In this document: in pieces, positions 1-13,700 of the stretch
Layout of the letters: every line of letters starts with the position of its first letter
Position numbering within the stretch: the stretch's first letter is position 1
NCBI GenBank assembly: GCA_043228905.1
Contig: JBHGNT010000006.1
Coordinates: 16,802,001 to 16,866,000, forward strand
Direction: 5' to 3'
Source: Azolla caroliniana
Lineage: Eukaryota; Plantae; Polypodiophyta
DNA: 64,000 bases
Position numbers and translations under genes: made by a program
Notes under the pieces: model-generated
What the model saw: the letters and a program-made list of their open reading frames with translations, nothing else
What the model was told of the DNA's origin: nothing
Databases searched by the model: none

Positions 1-2841
1 AAATCGTCGACCAGGGGATGCAGGTGGGGTTTATGCACCTCGGGTGTTTCATCGAGGAAGAAGGTCGGATAATTGCACAAGGGTGCAGAGAAGGGAGGAT
101 GTTCATCCTCAACACTAATGATGTCGGCACCGCCATGTTTGCCAAAGGACAGAAGATTGAATCGGATATTGATCTCTAGCATAAGCGAATCGGCCACGTC
201 AACTACCGAAGGCTTCAAGATCTGCAATCGAAACAAGTTGTGTTCGGATTGACGAAGTTTAGTGGCTAGGAGGCCCAAATATGTGAAACTTGCCAACTTG
301 GTAAGCAACACCGGCTTCAATTCCCCACTAAACGAAACCAGCGCCGTAACAAGCTTATTCTAATCCCTTCGGATTTATGGGCCCGACCAACACAGAATGT
401 TAGTCTTGGTGGGAGTCGGTATTTCGTCTCCTTCATCGACGACTATAGCCGACACACTTGGATCTATCTCATCGAGTAGAAAAGAGAAGTCTTCGACTGT
501 TTCCGAAACCTTCAAAGCTTAGTCAAAAGGGAAACAGAGAGGAAGATCAAGTGCCCGCTGTCATATGGCAGAAAATAATACTTTTCTGGCCAATTCAACA
601 GTTATCTACAACAGAATGGAATTTGGAGAGAATTCAGCTATAGATACACACCAGAGCAAAATGGTGTGGCCGAAAGGAAGAACCGGTCGATTGTCGACGC
701 AGCAAGGGCAATGCTGGAGGAGAAGAGCATGCCCTAATTCTACTGAGTTGAGGCAGTCCAGAAGACCTACTACATCTAAAACCAAATCAGAGACAAGGTG
801 TCAGCACATGAGTTGTATTTCGGGCATAAGCCAAATTTGAAGCACCTTCGGATATTCGGTAGCATAGCATATGTGCATGTACCGGATGAGAAGCGGAAGA
901 AGCTAGATCTGAAGTGCTATAACCCCCGGACTAAGCAGGTCTGAGTAAGCTGAGATGCCAAGTTTGATGAGACGGCATCATGCTACTCCCTACCGACTCC
1001 AACTCACGACGAAGACCTGATTCCGAAAGATGAGACTAGTGAGCCTGAGGAGGTCCAGGAAGAAGATGAAGACTCCGGCACTCTAGAAGAGAGTTCGATC
1101 TCATTCCGGCTAAGTGGGCCGAATGAGTGGCTGAGTTAGGATGACTAGCCGGATGAAGATCCGGCGAGTAGTGGAGACTCTATTGTGCTCACCCCGCGCA
1201 AGGAACCAAGGAGAAGGGGAAGAAGAAGATGCCAGAATATGATACCGGCAATGAAGGGTCGGATCGGAGAGAATCTGACCCCGGAAAGGGAGAAGGCGGA
1301 TCTTCAGAAAGGAAGTCCGAACCGGCCAAGAAGGACGTTAAACCGGATAACGAAAAGTTACGTCGGTCAACCTGTCAAAAGAAAACCGTCATGAGGTACG
1401 GATATAATGAGTACATGGCGTATCACTATGCGTACATGACTAAGGTGGTGGAAGTGCATGAGCCGGAGAGCTATGCAGAAGCAGCAAAAGACGCAAATTG
1501 GCGTGCTGCTATGGAGGAAGAAATGGGGGCACTAGATGCCAATGACACATGGGACCTGGTTGACCCACCCCGACAGTGCAAACCAATTGGTTGCAAGTGG
1601 GTGTACAAGGTAAAGTACAATGCCGACAGTTCGGTCAACCGGTACAAAGCCCAGTTAGTGGCGAAGGGATACACACAGACCCACGGAATCGACTACGACA
1701 AGACCTTCGCTCCGGTAGCGAACATGACGACTGGTTGTGGTGTTGGCTGTTGTTGCGGCAAGGGGATGGCATCTTCACCAAATGGACATGAAGAATGCAT
1801 TTCTTCAAGGTAATCTTGAAGAACGGGGCTATATGATCCAACCCCTTGGTTTCCAATCAGAGATGAACATGTCAATAGTGTGCCGACTCAAGAAGTCTCT
1901 TTATGGTCTGAAGCAAGCCCCTCGAGCTTGGAATGCGAAGATCACGCACCGGTTGCATAAGATGGGGTTTGTGGCCTCTAAGTCTGACTCTTCATTGTTC
2001 ATCCGGAATGGTCCGGACGGTCTGGTTTACATTTTTCTTTATGTAGATGATTTAGTCATCACCGGACCCAGACTCAATGAAATCGGCCAAGTGAAGTCCT
2101 AGCTGTCGGACGGATTTGAAATGAAGGACCTAGGGGACCTTCATTATTTTCTTGGGATCGAGGATGATCCAAACCCCCGATGGCATATTGCTCTCACAAT
2201 GCCATTATGTATTGGATATGTTGTACAAGTTCAGCATGACTGAATGCTAACCGATCTTAACACCCCTGGACCGGAACCTGAAGCTACGTCCTGACTCCGG
2301 CCCGGCCTGCGATAAGAAATGGTTCCGATAAATTGTCGGAAGCCTCATATACTTGACAATCACTCAACCCGACATGAGTTACCCGGTCGGAGTGATAAGC
2401 CAGTTCATGCAGAAGCCGACCGTCGAGCACCTTGAGTGCGCACACTGGCTACTCCGGTATGTTAGCGACAGGAAGGATTGGGGACTGTTATACTGACACG
2501 GTATAATTGGGAAGCTAGTCAGATATACCGATGCTGACTGGGCTGGTGATGCATCAGATCGCTAATCCACCTCCGGTTACATGTTTTCTCTTGGTAGCAC
2601 GGTTGTTGCAGGGAGCAGCAAAAAGCAGCCAACAGTGGCTTTGTGGAGCACTGAGGCTGAATACCAGGGTGCTACCATTGCCACCTTTGAAGCCATCTAG
2701 CTTTGGCAACTGCTGCGTAACCTTCGGATCGAGGTGCCAACCGCGATCCTGATCTATTGCGACAACATGAGCAACATATAGCTCGCCAAGAACCCAGTGT
2801 TCCATTCTCGGACAAAGCACATAGAAGTGCATTATCACTTT
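1..2841 (+). pseudogene. pol: Copia A pol (INT-RT-RNase H) pseudogene with many stops and frameshifts
   Basis: ORF fragments 1229-1813 (EPESYAEAAKDANWRAAM...CKWVYKVK) and 1737-2102 (HQMDMKNAFL...YVDDL) are typical copia RT. Confidence 0.92.
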
Positions 2842-3315
2842 TGTTAAGAGTCTATTACTAATCAATAGACCAAATCAAGTAAAAAGGAAGAAAATAGATT
2901 GGATAGAAGAACCCGTTCCACCCGACCACCCCCGAGCTATGATCTAGACATAGCCAACCTACCACCGACGTCCCATACCGCCGGATATTAGGATGACTAA
3001 TACCTTGGAAGAGATAAACACGATCGTCGAGACGAAAGCCTAGCCCGCACCACCGGTGTCTACGACAGCAGCCTTCCGACGTGATGATCCCTATGAGGGT
3101 AGCTAAGCCTCATATTTATACCTTTTCCTAGGCCCCTTGAATAGATGTGCCTTTCTAAAAGGCTCTCTATTCATTGGTTGTCTAAATCATGATAGTGCAT
3201 GCACATATCATTCATTCTATCCAATCATTAGTCCCCTTTTTAATAATAGTGAACATACCCTTCATTAATGTAAATATTAGTGACCTACCCTCACCAACGT
3301 TATGTGTACATAACA
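2842..3315 (-). repeat. G1 3' LTR (474 bp)
   Basis: TGTTAAGAG...ACATAACA; about 4 substitutions versus 15647-16120; PPT complement TACTCCCCTACTTC follows. Confidence 0.95.
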
Positions 3316-3322
3316 TACTCCC

Positions 3323-4912
3323 CTACTTCAAAAGATTGCACTCTTGCAATATAAAGTGAGGAAATTGTGCCTTAAGCGAATGCTCGCGTTCCCATGTGGC
3401 ATCATCAATAGGTTTATCCATCCATTTGATCTTGAATAGCCGAATCACTTTAGAACGTAAACGTTTAGTACGAGAATCAAGAATTCGTTCAGGAACATGA
3501 GGTTTGTAAGAAAAATCCTCTAATGTTACAAGATCTTGGATTGTGATGGTGTTATCACTAGAGCCTAAAAATGGTTTTAGACGACTGACGTGAAAAACAG
3601 GATGAATACCAACGTTACGAGGTAAGGCAAGGTGATAAGCAGATGACCCGACTCGCTTAAGGATTTCAAATGGGCCACAATATCGTGGGGCTAACTTAGC
3701 GCACTTGCCCGTAGATAATGACGTAGAATCAGTCGGGACACGCGAAAAAACTTTTTGACCAATAGTAAATGCACGAGGACGTCTATCCTGATCAGCATAA
3801 AATCGAGCACGATCTTGAGCTGTCTTGACATTTTCTTTGGCAATATGCAACATTTGGTTCATGTCTTGCAAAAAATTGCGTGTACTGTCTAATGTATCAC
3901 GATGAATCGTGACATCAACTGGGGCACGTGGCTGAAAACCATACATCAACATAAAAGGACTATATCCAGTGGATGTATGTTTAGAGCTATTATAGGCAAA
4001 TTCTAAGATAGGAAGGTATTGCTCCCACTTAGAAGGGGTTTTTGCTACATAAGCTCGAAGCATGTCCTCAATAATTTGATTAACTCGTTCAGTTTGTCCA
4101 TCAGACTGAGGATGATCTGCGGAACTCATGCTCAACGTAGTTTCTAGTTTCTTAAAGACCTGAGTCCAAAAGTCACTAGTAAACTTGGAATCTCGATCAC
4201 TAACAATATCCATCGGTAATCCATAAAAACGAAATAACTCATCAACAAATTGATAAGCCAACTGTTGAGCGGTTACCGTGGTTTTTGTAGGAATAAGTCT
4301 AGCTAATTTTGTTAGCCTGTCAACGACAACCCATATGGCATCATGACCCCTCTGTGTACGAGGTAAACTAACAATAAAATCCATCGAGATACTTTCCCAT
4401 TTATTGTTGGGAATATCTAAGGGATGTAAAAGACCAGCAGCTTTAAGTCGTTCCGACTTATTAATCTGACATTGTAAGCATTGAGTTACGTATTTATGCA
4501 CGTCAGAGCGCATCTTAGGCCAGAAAAAAGTACACGAGATGAGAACGAGTGTGCGTTGTATTCCAGGATGACCAGCAGATGGTGCATCATGACATTCATG
4601 AAAAATTTTCTGTTTAACATTTGGTAAATCTGAAACACAGACCTTTCCACTACGGTAGAGCAAACCGTTTGTAATGTGAAAGGTCGCCTTCGAGGGTAGG
4701 GTGCTAGTATCGGCATCTAAACCAGATTCGGCTTTCGTCCAGTATTTTGAGAAATAACTGTCATCAAGGTATTTCCCTCGAAGGTGATCTAAAAGATCAG
4801 ATTTTATTTCCGTGAAGCTAAGCATGTTAACTTCTTTAATGCGACTAAGAGCATCAGCAACGGTGTTCATAGAACCCTTGCGATATCGTATGGAAAAATC
4901 AAAATCTTGCAT
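3323..4912 (-). CDS. pol: G1 integrase with C-terminal chromodomain (fragment of disrupted pol)
   Basis: HHCC (H-D-APSAGH...CLQC), DDE core (SMDF, SDRD, QTERVN), GPF motif, chromodomain PERILDSR...KIKW...DATWE. Separated from RNase H by an in-frame TAG at 4952. Confidence 0.9.
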   Translation of the reverse strand: MQDFDFSIRYRKGSMNTVADALSRIKEVNMLSFTEIKSDLLDHLRGKYLDDSYFSKYWTKAESGLDADTSTLPSKATFHITNGLLYRSGKVCVSDLPNVKQKIFHECHDAPSAGHPGIQRTLVLISCTFFWPKMRSDVHKYVTQCLQCQINKSERLKAAGLLHPLDIPNNKWESISMDFIVSLPRTQRGHDAIWVVVDRLTKLARLIPTKTTVTAQQLAYQFVDELFRFYGLPMDIVSDRDSKFTSDFWTQVFKKLETTLSMSSADHPQSDGQTERVNQIIEDMLRAYVAKTPSKWEQYLPILEFAYNSSKHTSTGYSPFMLMYGFQPRAPVDVTIHRDTLDSTRNFLQDMNQMLHIAKENVKTAQDRARFYADQDRRPRAFTIGQKVFSRVPTDSTSLSTGKCAKLAPRYCGPFEILKRVGSSAYHLALPRNVGIHPVFHVSRLKPFLGSSDNTITIQDLVTLEDFSYKPHVPERILDSRTKRLRSKVIRLFKIKWMDKPIDDATWEREHSLKAQFPHFILQECNLLK

Positions 4913-4951
4913 AAGGTCAGCCCAACGGCCTTTACGACCAACAAGATCGGG

Positions 4952-5510
4952 CTAGTCACAAAAATACTTTAATGATTGATGGTCTATTGTAACCACAAAT
5001 TTATTTCCATAGAGATAGTGCCTCCATGTTTTAAGTGCGTGTATCACCGCAAACAACTCTTTCTCTTGAACCGAATACCGAGATTCAGCAGCATCAAGCT
5101 TCTTACTTTCAAAAGCAATAGGGTGACCACCTTGATAAAGAACGGCACCAATAGCATAATCACTAGCATCGGTTTCAATTGAGAAAGGCTTAGAAGGGTC
5201 TGGTAATAGAAGAGTGGGAGCCTGACACACATGCTCCTTGAGTGTCTCAAATGATTTGTCAAGTTGTTCATTCCATGAAATTGGTTTGACAGACTTACGT
5301 GGATGACCTTTTAAAAGGTCAGTTAATGGCGTAGTCAATTTGGAATAGTTACGAATTGATTTTCGTAAAAATCCAACAAACCCTAAGAATGATCTAAGTT
5401 CACGAATATTACGAGGAATGGGCCAAAGTTTAACCTTTTCAATACGAGAAGGTTCAATTTCAACGCCATTTTCTGTAATTAAATGACCTAGGTACACAAT
5501 AGATTTTTTG
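4952..5510 (-). pseudogene. pol: G1 RT thumb/RNase H segment, frameshifted relative to the upstream ORF
   Basis: YLGH, IETDASDYAIGAVL and YSVQEKEL motifs in ORF 4952-5590; frameshift near 5505. Confidence 0.88.
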
Positions 5511-7727
5511 GAAGAAGTCACATTTTGAATGTTTTGCATAGAAAGAGTTGTCACGCAACTTTCGCAAAACAAATCGAACATGTTGAACATGATCTTGCAA
5601 GGTACGGCTATATATCAAAATATCATCCAAGAAGACGACAACAAAATCACCGAGTTGATCTCGGAAAACATCATTCATCGCTTGTTGGAATGTGGCTGGA
5701 GCATTAGTCAACCCAAATGGCATGACTAAAAACTCATAATGGCCATAGCGCGTACGAAAAGCAGTTTTAGGAATATCATCCTCGGCGATGCGAATCTGAT
5801 GATAACCAGTTCGTAAGTCAATTTTCGTAAAATATCGAGCCCCGTGCAAACGATCAATCAAATCATCGGCACGAGGTAATGGATATGCATTCTTAATTGT
5901 CATTTTATTCAAACGGCGATAATTGATACACATTCGCCACGAACCGTCCTTCTTCTTGACTAATAGAACTGGCGCACCCCAAGGTGATTTACTATACCTA
6001 ATGTGGCCCATACTCAAGTATTCCTTAAGTTGTTTAGCGATCTCATCCTCTTCTAATCGACTAAGTCGGTAAGGTGGAATGCTCACAGGAGCAGCCCCAG
6101 GGATGAGTTCAATTTGATGGTCCACATTACGTTTAGGTGGTAAAGTAAGCGGTAATTCAGTAGGAAACACATCTTGAAAATCCTCTAAAATAGAGTCGAG
6201 TAATCGTTGCTCAAAATGTGGTAATTGTGTGGCGTCAATATTAAAATAATAAAATTGAACCGCAGGATCAATTACACACGAATAAATTAATGAACTAGAA
6301 TACTCACTTAAAGATTTAGAAGACACAAGTGAATGAGAAGGAAGTTTGGAACATTGAATAAAATGTTTACAATTATTAAGTTCAAATGTGATTGAGTGAT
6401 TAACCCAATCAATGGACAAAGAAGGGTTTTTATTAAAAAACCAAGGATATCCTAAAATGACATCTGCGGATTGTAATTTCATAACATGAAAGTCAAGCTT
6501 CTCCAAATAAGTATCTATTTGAATTGGCAGTTGACAAACAATGCCACTGATGTATTGAACGTTTCCATTTGCCATGTGAACTTGATAGATATGATCACTT
6601 GCGTTTATGTGGAGCTCCATTTGCTGCACAAAGTGATCATTAAGAAAATTGTGAGAACTACCGGAATCAAACAAGAAATGTGCTTGTGTTCCATTGATAT
6701 ATCCGACTGCTCGGAGTAAATCATTAGGTCCAAGTAAATGTGAAGGAAAAGTGCATTCACATAAACTTAAGTGATTGGTATGAACTTCAACAATATCAAA
6801 AGACTCACCTGTGTGACTCGTAGATTTGTCTTGAGGAGGGGTGTTCATTGACTTCCTCTCAAGACGACGACAGGTATCCTTTGTGTGGCCCCGCTTCTTG
6901 CAATATGCACAGAAGAGGTTCGGTTTCTTTGAGTCGCGGTCAAGAGTGTCACTGGATTGCTTACGTTTCCCAATGAACTTGACATTCGGAGTTTTGGCGA
7001 ACTCAGGTTTATTGTGGTCTTTCTTGGAAGTCCTATGGTATCGCAGCACAATGTTGACGGCTTCCTCGAAAGTTGTGGGGTCCTTGTCATGGACAATCCA
7101 ATGATAATCCCCATTGGGAATACCATTCAAAAAACAAGCGACAAACCATTTCTCACCCGTAAGTCCCGATTTTTGGATCTGGGTCCGAGCGTGATGCACA
7201 TAATCCTCGAGAGAGGTAAATGGCTTACTAGACAATGTGAGCAAGTGTTGCGCTTGTTCGGTTTGAGAAGGTGGCTGCAAGAATTGTTTCTTAAAAACAT
7301 CAACGAAACCTTCCCAAGTTGTGGGTAAGTTTTTTGCGGTCCTTAGGCCACGCCACCAAGCAGCAGCTCGGCCACCTAACTCACGACCGACATAACCAAT
7401 TTTTACTGCATCGGGCTTGGGATGAAGCTCAAAGTGAAACTCCCAACGACCAAGCCAAGTGCTAATAGCCTCCTCGGTTCTTTCTTTCTTATCTCCCTTG
7501 AAAGGCGTGACTACGAAGGAAGGTTCACCTTCTTTCTTGGACTCAATAGTTAATTCTTGGAATTTCTTTTCCAATGCCATATTGGCCTGTCTCATTTCGG
7601 CCAATTGATTCAAGGTAGTAGTGAGCAATTGCTCAATAGTGATCTCAGCTTGTGTGCGAGATGCGGATTGGGGTTGAGAGGTCTCATTTGGAGAGATCGT
7701 TCCAACTGCGTTCAAAACTTGTTCCAT
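5460..7727 (-). CDS. gag-pol: G1 Gag-protease-RT polyprotein (N-terminal part)
   Basis: Zinc knuckle [14 protein letters not shown], protease [12 protein letters not shown] motifs [13 protein letters not shown] and FLDD. Confidence 0.92.
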   Translation of the reverse strand: MEQVLNAVGTISPNETSQPQSASRTQAEITIEQLLTTTLNQLAEMRQANMALEKKFQELTIESKKEGEPSFVVTPFKGDKKERTEEAISTWLGRWEFHFELHPKPDAVKIGYVGRELGGRAAAWWRGLRTAKNLPTTWEGFVDVFKKQFLQPPSQTEQAQHLLTLSSKPFTSLEDYVHHARTQIQKSGLTGEKWFVACFLNGIPNGDYHWIVHDKDPTTFEEAVNIVLRYHRTSKKDHNKPEFAKTPNVKFIGKRKQSSDTLDRDSKKPNLFCAYCKKRGHTKDTCRRLERKSMNTPPQDKSTSHTGESFDIVEVHTNHLSLCECTFPSHLLGPNDLLRAVGYINGTQAHFLFDSGSSHNFLNDHFVQQMELHINASDHIYQVHMANGNVQYISGIVCQLPIQIDTYLEKLDFHVMKLQSADVILGYPWFFNKNPSLSIDWVNHSITFELNNCKHFIQCSKLPSHSLVSSKSLSEYSSSLIYSCVIDPAVQFYYFNIDATQLPHFEQRLLDSILEDFQDVFPTELPLTLPPKRNVDHQIELIPGAAPVSIPPYRLSRLEEDEIAKQLKEYLSMGHIRYSKSPWGAPVLLVKKKDGSWRMCINYRRLNKMTIKNAYPLPRADDLIDRLHGARYFTKIDLRTGYHQIRIAEDDIPKTAFRTRYGHYEFLVMPFGLTNAPATFQQAMNDVFRDQLGDFVVVFLDDILIYSRTLQDHVQHVRFVLRKLRDNSFYAKHSKCDFFQKIYCVPRSFNYRKWR

Positions 7728-8719
7728 GATGCACGCTGTGGGTATGCAATAAAATAAGGAGGTTCAGAAAATACACAAGCAAAATGAATGCTTGAAATTT
7801 TGATTGAAAGAACTTTATCCAAGAAAGTATCTCATGTCTTTACCCCTCTAGACATATGAGATGTGATTCGAGATCCGATAACTATGGTAACACTATGGTG
7901 TTTTAAAAACCATGGGGGAAAACATAGCTAAGATGTATTTCTCGGATCTCTATCTTGAGTAATCATGGCGGCTCCCCGAGGCTCAACCATGGTTCTTACA
8001 TCAATGAAATTTCCTAGATAGCCTTATATTAATGCCAACCCATCATGTATTATATGGTCGAGAAAGTGTATTACGTGAAAAAACAAGTCCACTCACAAGT
8101 AATATTCTAGTCTTGCGAGCAATAAGCAAACGTGATGATAAAATGATAAAATAAGGCACTACTCATAAGAGTTAAGTAGTGACAAAAACAAGGGTAAAAA
8201 AAAAAGAACCCATGTGTTACCTACGAAAAAAACAATGTCACAAATAAATGGGAAGTGCAAGGTATGCACATATACATCCCAATATGATTGTTATAACTTG
8301 CACAATTGTGACATAAGCCTCAAATTGATACAAGTGATGACGGTGTTGTGCGCAAAGATGTAATACTCAAATCCATGAGTAAAACATCAATAAGGGAACT
8401 CATATGGTTTTACTCGTTTTCTAAGGCTTGATGATAAGAGTTAAACCTAGATGACCCGTTGAAAAAAAAATCGTTGAACAAGCCACTCCATACGAAAAAA
8501 TAGTCTACACGTAAAGGTTACATTAAAAATAAACAATGTAAATACTTTATACATGAAAAGGAAGTGGAAAAAGGAGAGTTAATTGTGGGCGGGTAAATAA
8601 TAATTACTAGAAAATCATATAAGTGAAACAATACTTATGAAATTAAAATTTAATTAGAATAATCAACAATTAGGTGTATGGAATCAAACATGCCCTAAGA
8701 TACGAAACCCTAGGGTAGT

Positions 8720-9165
8720 TGACATGCACCTCCTCAAGACCACCACATATCCCTTGAATCGGCCAAGTAATGGCTAATTAAAAAGGAAAGTGGCATATGT
8801 AAGCTACATATACCTTGTCAAGGCCACAACATCCCATAGAATCGGCCAATTGATGGCTTAATAGAGAGTAGAGTGGCATAGGTAGGCAACATACACCTCG
8901 TCAAGGCCACATCATCCCTTAGAATCGGCCAAGTGATGGCTCAATAGAGGGGAAGAGTGGTATACTCAACATCATATGCAAAACGGCCATGAGATAAGCG
9001 TGTGCGATTAGAGCAAACACGCTCGACCCAATGCACAAGAATAATTATTATCGTAACAGTTCAAGAGAGGAGAGAGTGGGATATATATCGCAATATGCAA
9101 AAGGCCATGAGTTGAGCGTGTGCGATTAGTGCAAACACGCTCGGCCCGATGCATAATAATAAGTA
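8720..9165. repeat. Tandem repeats in the G1 5' leader: 3 x ~83 bp and 2 x ~118 bp
   Basis: GAATCGGCCAA recurs at ~8756, ~8839 and ~8922. ATATGCAAAA...GCGTGTGCGATTAG..CAAACACGCTC occurs at ~8975 and ~9092. Confidence 0.8.
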
Positions 9166-9398
9166 AATCGTAGCATAGTAGGAGGTAGAAAGAAAGAGAA
9201 TAAAACGTAATACCAATTTGATTCGACCATAAAGAACGCATAATAGAAAAAGAGAAGAGATCAAAAAAGAAGAATACCGGGTTTAGAGTGTTGTTTTGAT
9301 CCTGAGAAGATCATGACGAGCCTTGTTAGATCCCCCTCGCTCACACGCAAAAAACATCAAAACAACAAAAAAATTGTTAGTAAAAGCTCTGATACCAC

Positions 9399-9834
9399 TG
9401 TTAAGAGTCTATTACTAATCAATAGACCAAATCAAGTAAAAAGGAAGAAAATAGATTGGATAGAAGAACCCGTTCCACCCGACCACCCCCGAGCTATGAT
9501 CTAGACATAGCCAACCTACCACCGACGTCCCATACCGCCGGATATTAGGATGACTAATACCTTGGAAGAGATAAACACGATCGTCGAGACGAAAGCCTAG
9601 CCCGCACCACCGGTGTCTACGACAGCAGCCTTCCGACGTGATGATCTCTATGAGGGTAGCTAAGCCTCATATTTATACCTTTTCCTAGGCCCCTTGAATA
9701 GATGTGCCTTTCTAAAAGGCTCTCTATTCATTGGTTGTCTAAATCATGATAGTGCATGCACATATCATTCATTCTATCCAATCATTAGTCCCCTTTTTAA
9801 TAATAGTGAACATACCCTTCACTAATGTAAATAT
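9399..9834 (-). repeat. G1 internal LTR copy lacking the first 38 bp of U3
   Basis: Near-identical to 2842-3277; has its own iMet PBS at 9386-9397. Confidence 0.93.
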
Positions 9835-10073
9835 CCAATGCACAAGAATAAAACGTAATACCAATTTGATTTGACCATAAAGAACACATAATAGAAAAAG
9901 AGAAGAGATCAAAAAAAGAAGAAGAAGAATACCGGGTTTAGAGTGTTGTTTTGATCCTGAGAAGAGCATGACGAGCCTTGTTAGATCCCCCTCGCTCACA
10001 CGCAAAATGTTGGGATTTTCGGTCCCTCCGGATGGGATGTCCGGAGATAAATGACGGCAAGCCTGGTTGCGGT

Positions 10074-10265
10074 TACGGAGCCGGATGACGAAGAGCCGAC
10101 TACGGAGCTGGATGATGAAGACCCCGGCTACGGAGCCGGATGACGAATAGAAGACCCCGGCTACGGAGCCGGATGACGAAGACCCGGCTACGGAGCCGGA
10201 TGATGAAGACCCCGGCTACGGAGCCGGATGACGAAGACCCCGGCTACGGAGCCGGATGATGAATG
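10074..10265 (+). repeat. 27-28 bp tandem repeat in the copia B 5' LTR U3 (7 copies; 8 copies in the 3' LTR at ~14901-15120)
   Basis: Unit TACGGAGCCGGATGA(C/T)GAAGACCCCGGC counted directly in both LTRs. Confidence 0.93.
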
Positions 10266-10775
10266 TACCCGGAGAGAGATCCGGATGCGGGGACATATTT
10301 GTGAATATGTTTGCCAAGGGCCCTTGAGGCTATATTTGTAAATAGCCCGAAAGTCATATGTGTATAAATATGACTTAGGGCAAACAGTTTAGTGACTGTT
10401 GCTCATTTTCTGTTTTCCACTTAGAGAGAGTGAAGAGAGCAGCCGAGAGAGAGAGAGAGAGAGAGAGAAAGACGAAGAGGTCGTTGCCTCTGTGTATTAC
10501 CGCCGCCTGTGGCGAAGACAGTGAGCTCAAGGTTGTTGCCTTGTGGCTTCACCATTGTACATCTCTGTTCATAGTGATAGTTGGAGTTTGAGGACTTCTG
10601 TGGTTTTTCCTATTTAGGGTTTTCCACGTAAAACATCCTGTGTATTTTTCTCTCTATTGTCTTCGTGCTTTTTTTTTTGTATTTCCCGTTTTTTCTGTGA
10701 ATCGATCCTACTACTTGGTGGCGGCCGAGCACTGTTGTTCAACAATCTGGTATCAGAGCACGGTTAACACAGAAA

Positions 10776-13700
10776 ATGGAAGGCGGCGGTAGTGGGCCTC
10801 CGGGCATGATGGTGTTGAACTCACCGAACTACGCCGACTGGAAGATAAAGATGGAAGACCTTCTCATCGTCCGAGACCTGTACGAACCGATCGACAATGC
10901 CGAGATACCCAAGGGGGTAATAGAGTCGGAGTGGAAGCTCCTGAACCGGAAAGCCATAGCGACGATCCGACAATATGTAGATGTAAGTGTTCTGCAACAT
11001 GTGGCGAACGACACCAACGCATATGAGATGTGGAAGAAGCTGTCGGGCCTCTACGAGAGGAAGAATGCGTTGAACCGGACTTCCCTGATGAGGAAGATAG
11101 TGAACCTCAAGTACCGGGATGGCGAGAATATGGTGGAACACGTGAGCACGTTCATGGGATTCGTGAACCAGCTTGCGGCGATCAAGTTCCCGTTGGAGGA
11201 TGCAATGCAAGCCATCATTCTGATGTGTACATTGCCGGAAAGCTGGGAGAACTTGGTGGTGACCCTCAGCACCTCCTGCACCGAAGATAACTTGTCTCTA
11301 CAAACGGTAAAGACAAGCATTTTGAACGAAGAAGCGCGCTAGAGAGATAAAGAACCGGTTTCCGATCCGAAGATGCTACTTACCGAATCGGATCGGGGAA
11401 GACAATGGAACCGGAGTCCGCAAAGACGGGAGAAGTCGGGGACCCGGTCGCAGTCAAGAGGAAGACCCACATGCTTCCACTGTGGGAAGCCGGGGCACTT
11501 CCGGAAGAATTGTCGGCATTACCGAAAGGACAACGGAGCCGACGACACTGATTCGAAGAAGTCACCGGAGAGAAACGGTGCATACCGGGGAGCCACGGAC
11601 CGGAGAGGTCCGGATCGGCGAGGGCAGGACCGGAAAGGAACGACGGCACTCGCGGCAAGTGAAGAAGAGATAATGCTCATTACCGAAGAGAGGGAGCTGA
11701 ACCTTGCCGGTGTAGAGATGACCTGGGTGGTCGATTCCGGAGCGTCGTTCCACCTGACCCCGGAGAAGAAATACTTCTCATCCTACACAGCCGGTGAGCA
11801 CGGCTGTGTCCGGATGGGAAATGAAGGCACATGTCGGATTGCCGGCATAGGAGACGTGTGGCTGATGACATTAACCGGATGCAAGATGCTGCTGAAGGAT
11901 GTACGACACGTTCCGGAGGTTCGATTGAACCTGATTTCGGCCGGGAGGCTAGACGATGAAGGCTACACGGGTAGCATCCGGAACGGTGTCATGAAGTTCA
12001 GCAAAGGAAGGTCAACACACTGTACCTGATGAATTCCCGGCTATGTCCGGAGGAGCTGAACGTGGCAACCGATACTGCCGGTGAGCTGTGGCACAAGAGA
12101 CTGTGTCACATGAGTGAGAAGGGGATGAAGAGGCTTGTAGAAGACAACCTTATTCCAGTGAAGCATGTGCACCTGGAGAAGTGCACCGATTGCCTGGCCG
12201 GTAAACAGAACCGAACCTCCTTCCACTCAAGGCCACCGATGAGACGTAGTGTACCATTGGAGTTGGTACACACTGATGTGTGTCAGGTAGAAACGAAGTC
12301 ACATGGCGGAGCCCAGTACTTCGTAACATTCATAGATGACCATAGCCGGAAGCTGTGGACGGCACCGTTGAAGACAAAGGACCAAGTATTGTCCGTCTTC
12401 AAAGAACTCCACGCGAGAGTGGAAAGGGAATCCGGCAAGGAGCTGAAAGCGATACGAGCGGATAACGGAGGGGAATACCGGGGGCAGTTCGAGGAGTATT
12501 GTCGCTCGAAGGGAATCCGGCTCGAGTTTACTGTGCCGAAGACGCCGGAACTGAACGGGCTGGCCGAGAGGATGAACCGGACCATAATGGAGAGGGTCCG
12601 GAGTATGCTGGCGCATGCGAAATTACCCAAGGGGTTTTGGGCTGAGGCAATGTCGACGGCGACATACGTGATAAACAGATCACCCTCAGTACCTTTGGAC
12701 GGAGACACGCCGCAGAGAGTGTGGACCGGTAGGGAAGTATCCTACCGGCATCTAAAGGTGTTCGGGTGTCTCGCATATGTGCATGTGGCAAAGGACCGGA
12801 GAGGAAAGCTAGACCCAAAGACCCGGCCATGCATATTCCTCGGTTACGGCGACGACGAGTTCGGCTACCGAGTATGGGACCCGGTCGACAAAAAGATATT
12901 CCGCAGTCGTGATATCATCTTCATGGAGGACAAGACACTCGCCGACTGGGAGTCGGAGAAGAAGATGAAGAGCTCCAAGTCGTCCGGTGAGGATCAACTC
13001 TACGAGGAGCAGTCCCGACCGGCAGGGGACCGGTTAGCACTCGAGGATCCGGCCGAAGACGGTGAAGAAACAGAACCGGCCGAGGAAGATGAAACTGATA
13101 CCGGAACTGGCCCCGATCCCGAAATGGATTCGGATGAAGAGGAAACGGAGGAGCCGGTTACCGAAGCTCCGGAACGGAGATATCCTCTAAGAGAGAGAAG
13201 GGCCCCCCGGAGATTTCCGGAACCAGAGCACGTGCTGCTAATCGACGAGGGGGAGCCGGAGAGTTTTGAAGAAGCAAAGCTTGACACCCATAGCCGCAGG
13301 TGGTTAAGTGCCATGCAGGAGGAGATGGATTCCCTGCATGAGAACCACACATATGAACTTGTGGAGTTGCCGAAAGGAAAGCGGGCACTTCGAAACAAGT
13401 GGGTGTTCAAGCTGAAACCGGGAGATGCCGGAAACCCCCCGAGATACAAAGCCAGGATCGTGGTGAAGGGGTTTCAGCAGAAGAAGGGCGTCGACTTCGA
13501 CGAGATATTTGCCCCGGTAGTGAAGATGACCTCCATCCGGACGGTGCTGAGCATAGCGGCAAGCATGGACCTCGAGGTAGAACAGATGGACGTGAAGACG
13601 GCATTCCTTCACGGTGACCTCGAAGAAGAGATCTACATGCAGCAACCGGAAGGATTCGAGAAGAAAGGGAAGGAGCACCTGGTATGCCGGTTGAAGAAGA

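Noticed and set aside
7829-8000. Hammerhead ribozyme (retrozyme-like) in the G1 leader
   Set aside because: The region is structured, but I could not find the CUGANGA/GAAA core in the required arrangement on either strand.
10074-10265. Regularly spaced 27-28 bp repeats resembling a CRISPR array
   Set aside because: The units are head-to-tail without unique spacers, lie inside both LTRs of a copia element, and no cas genes are present.
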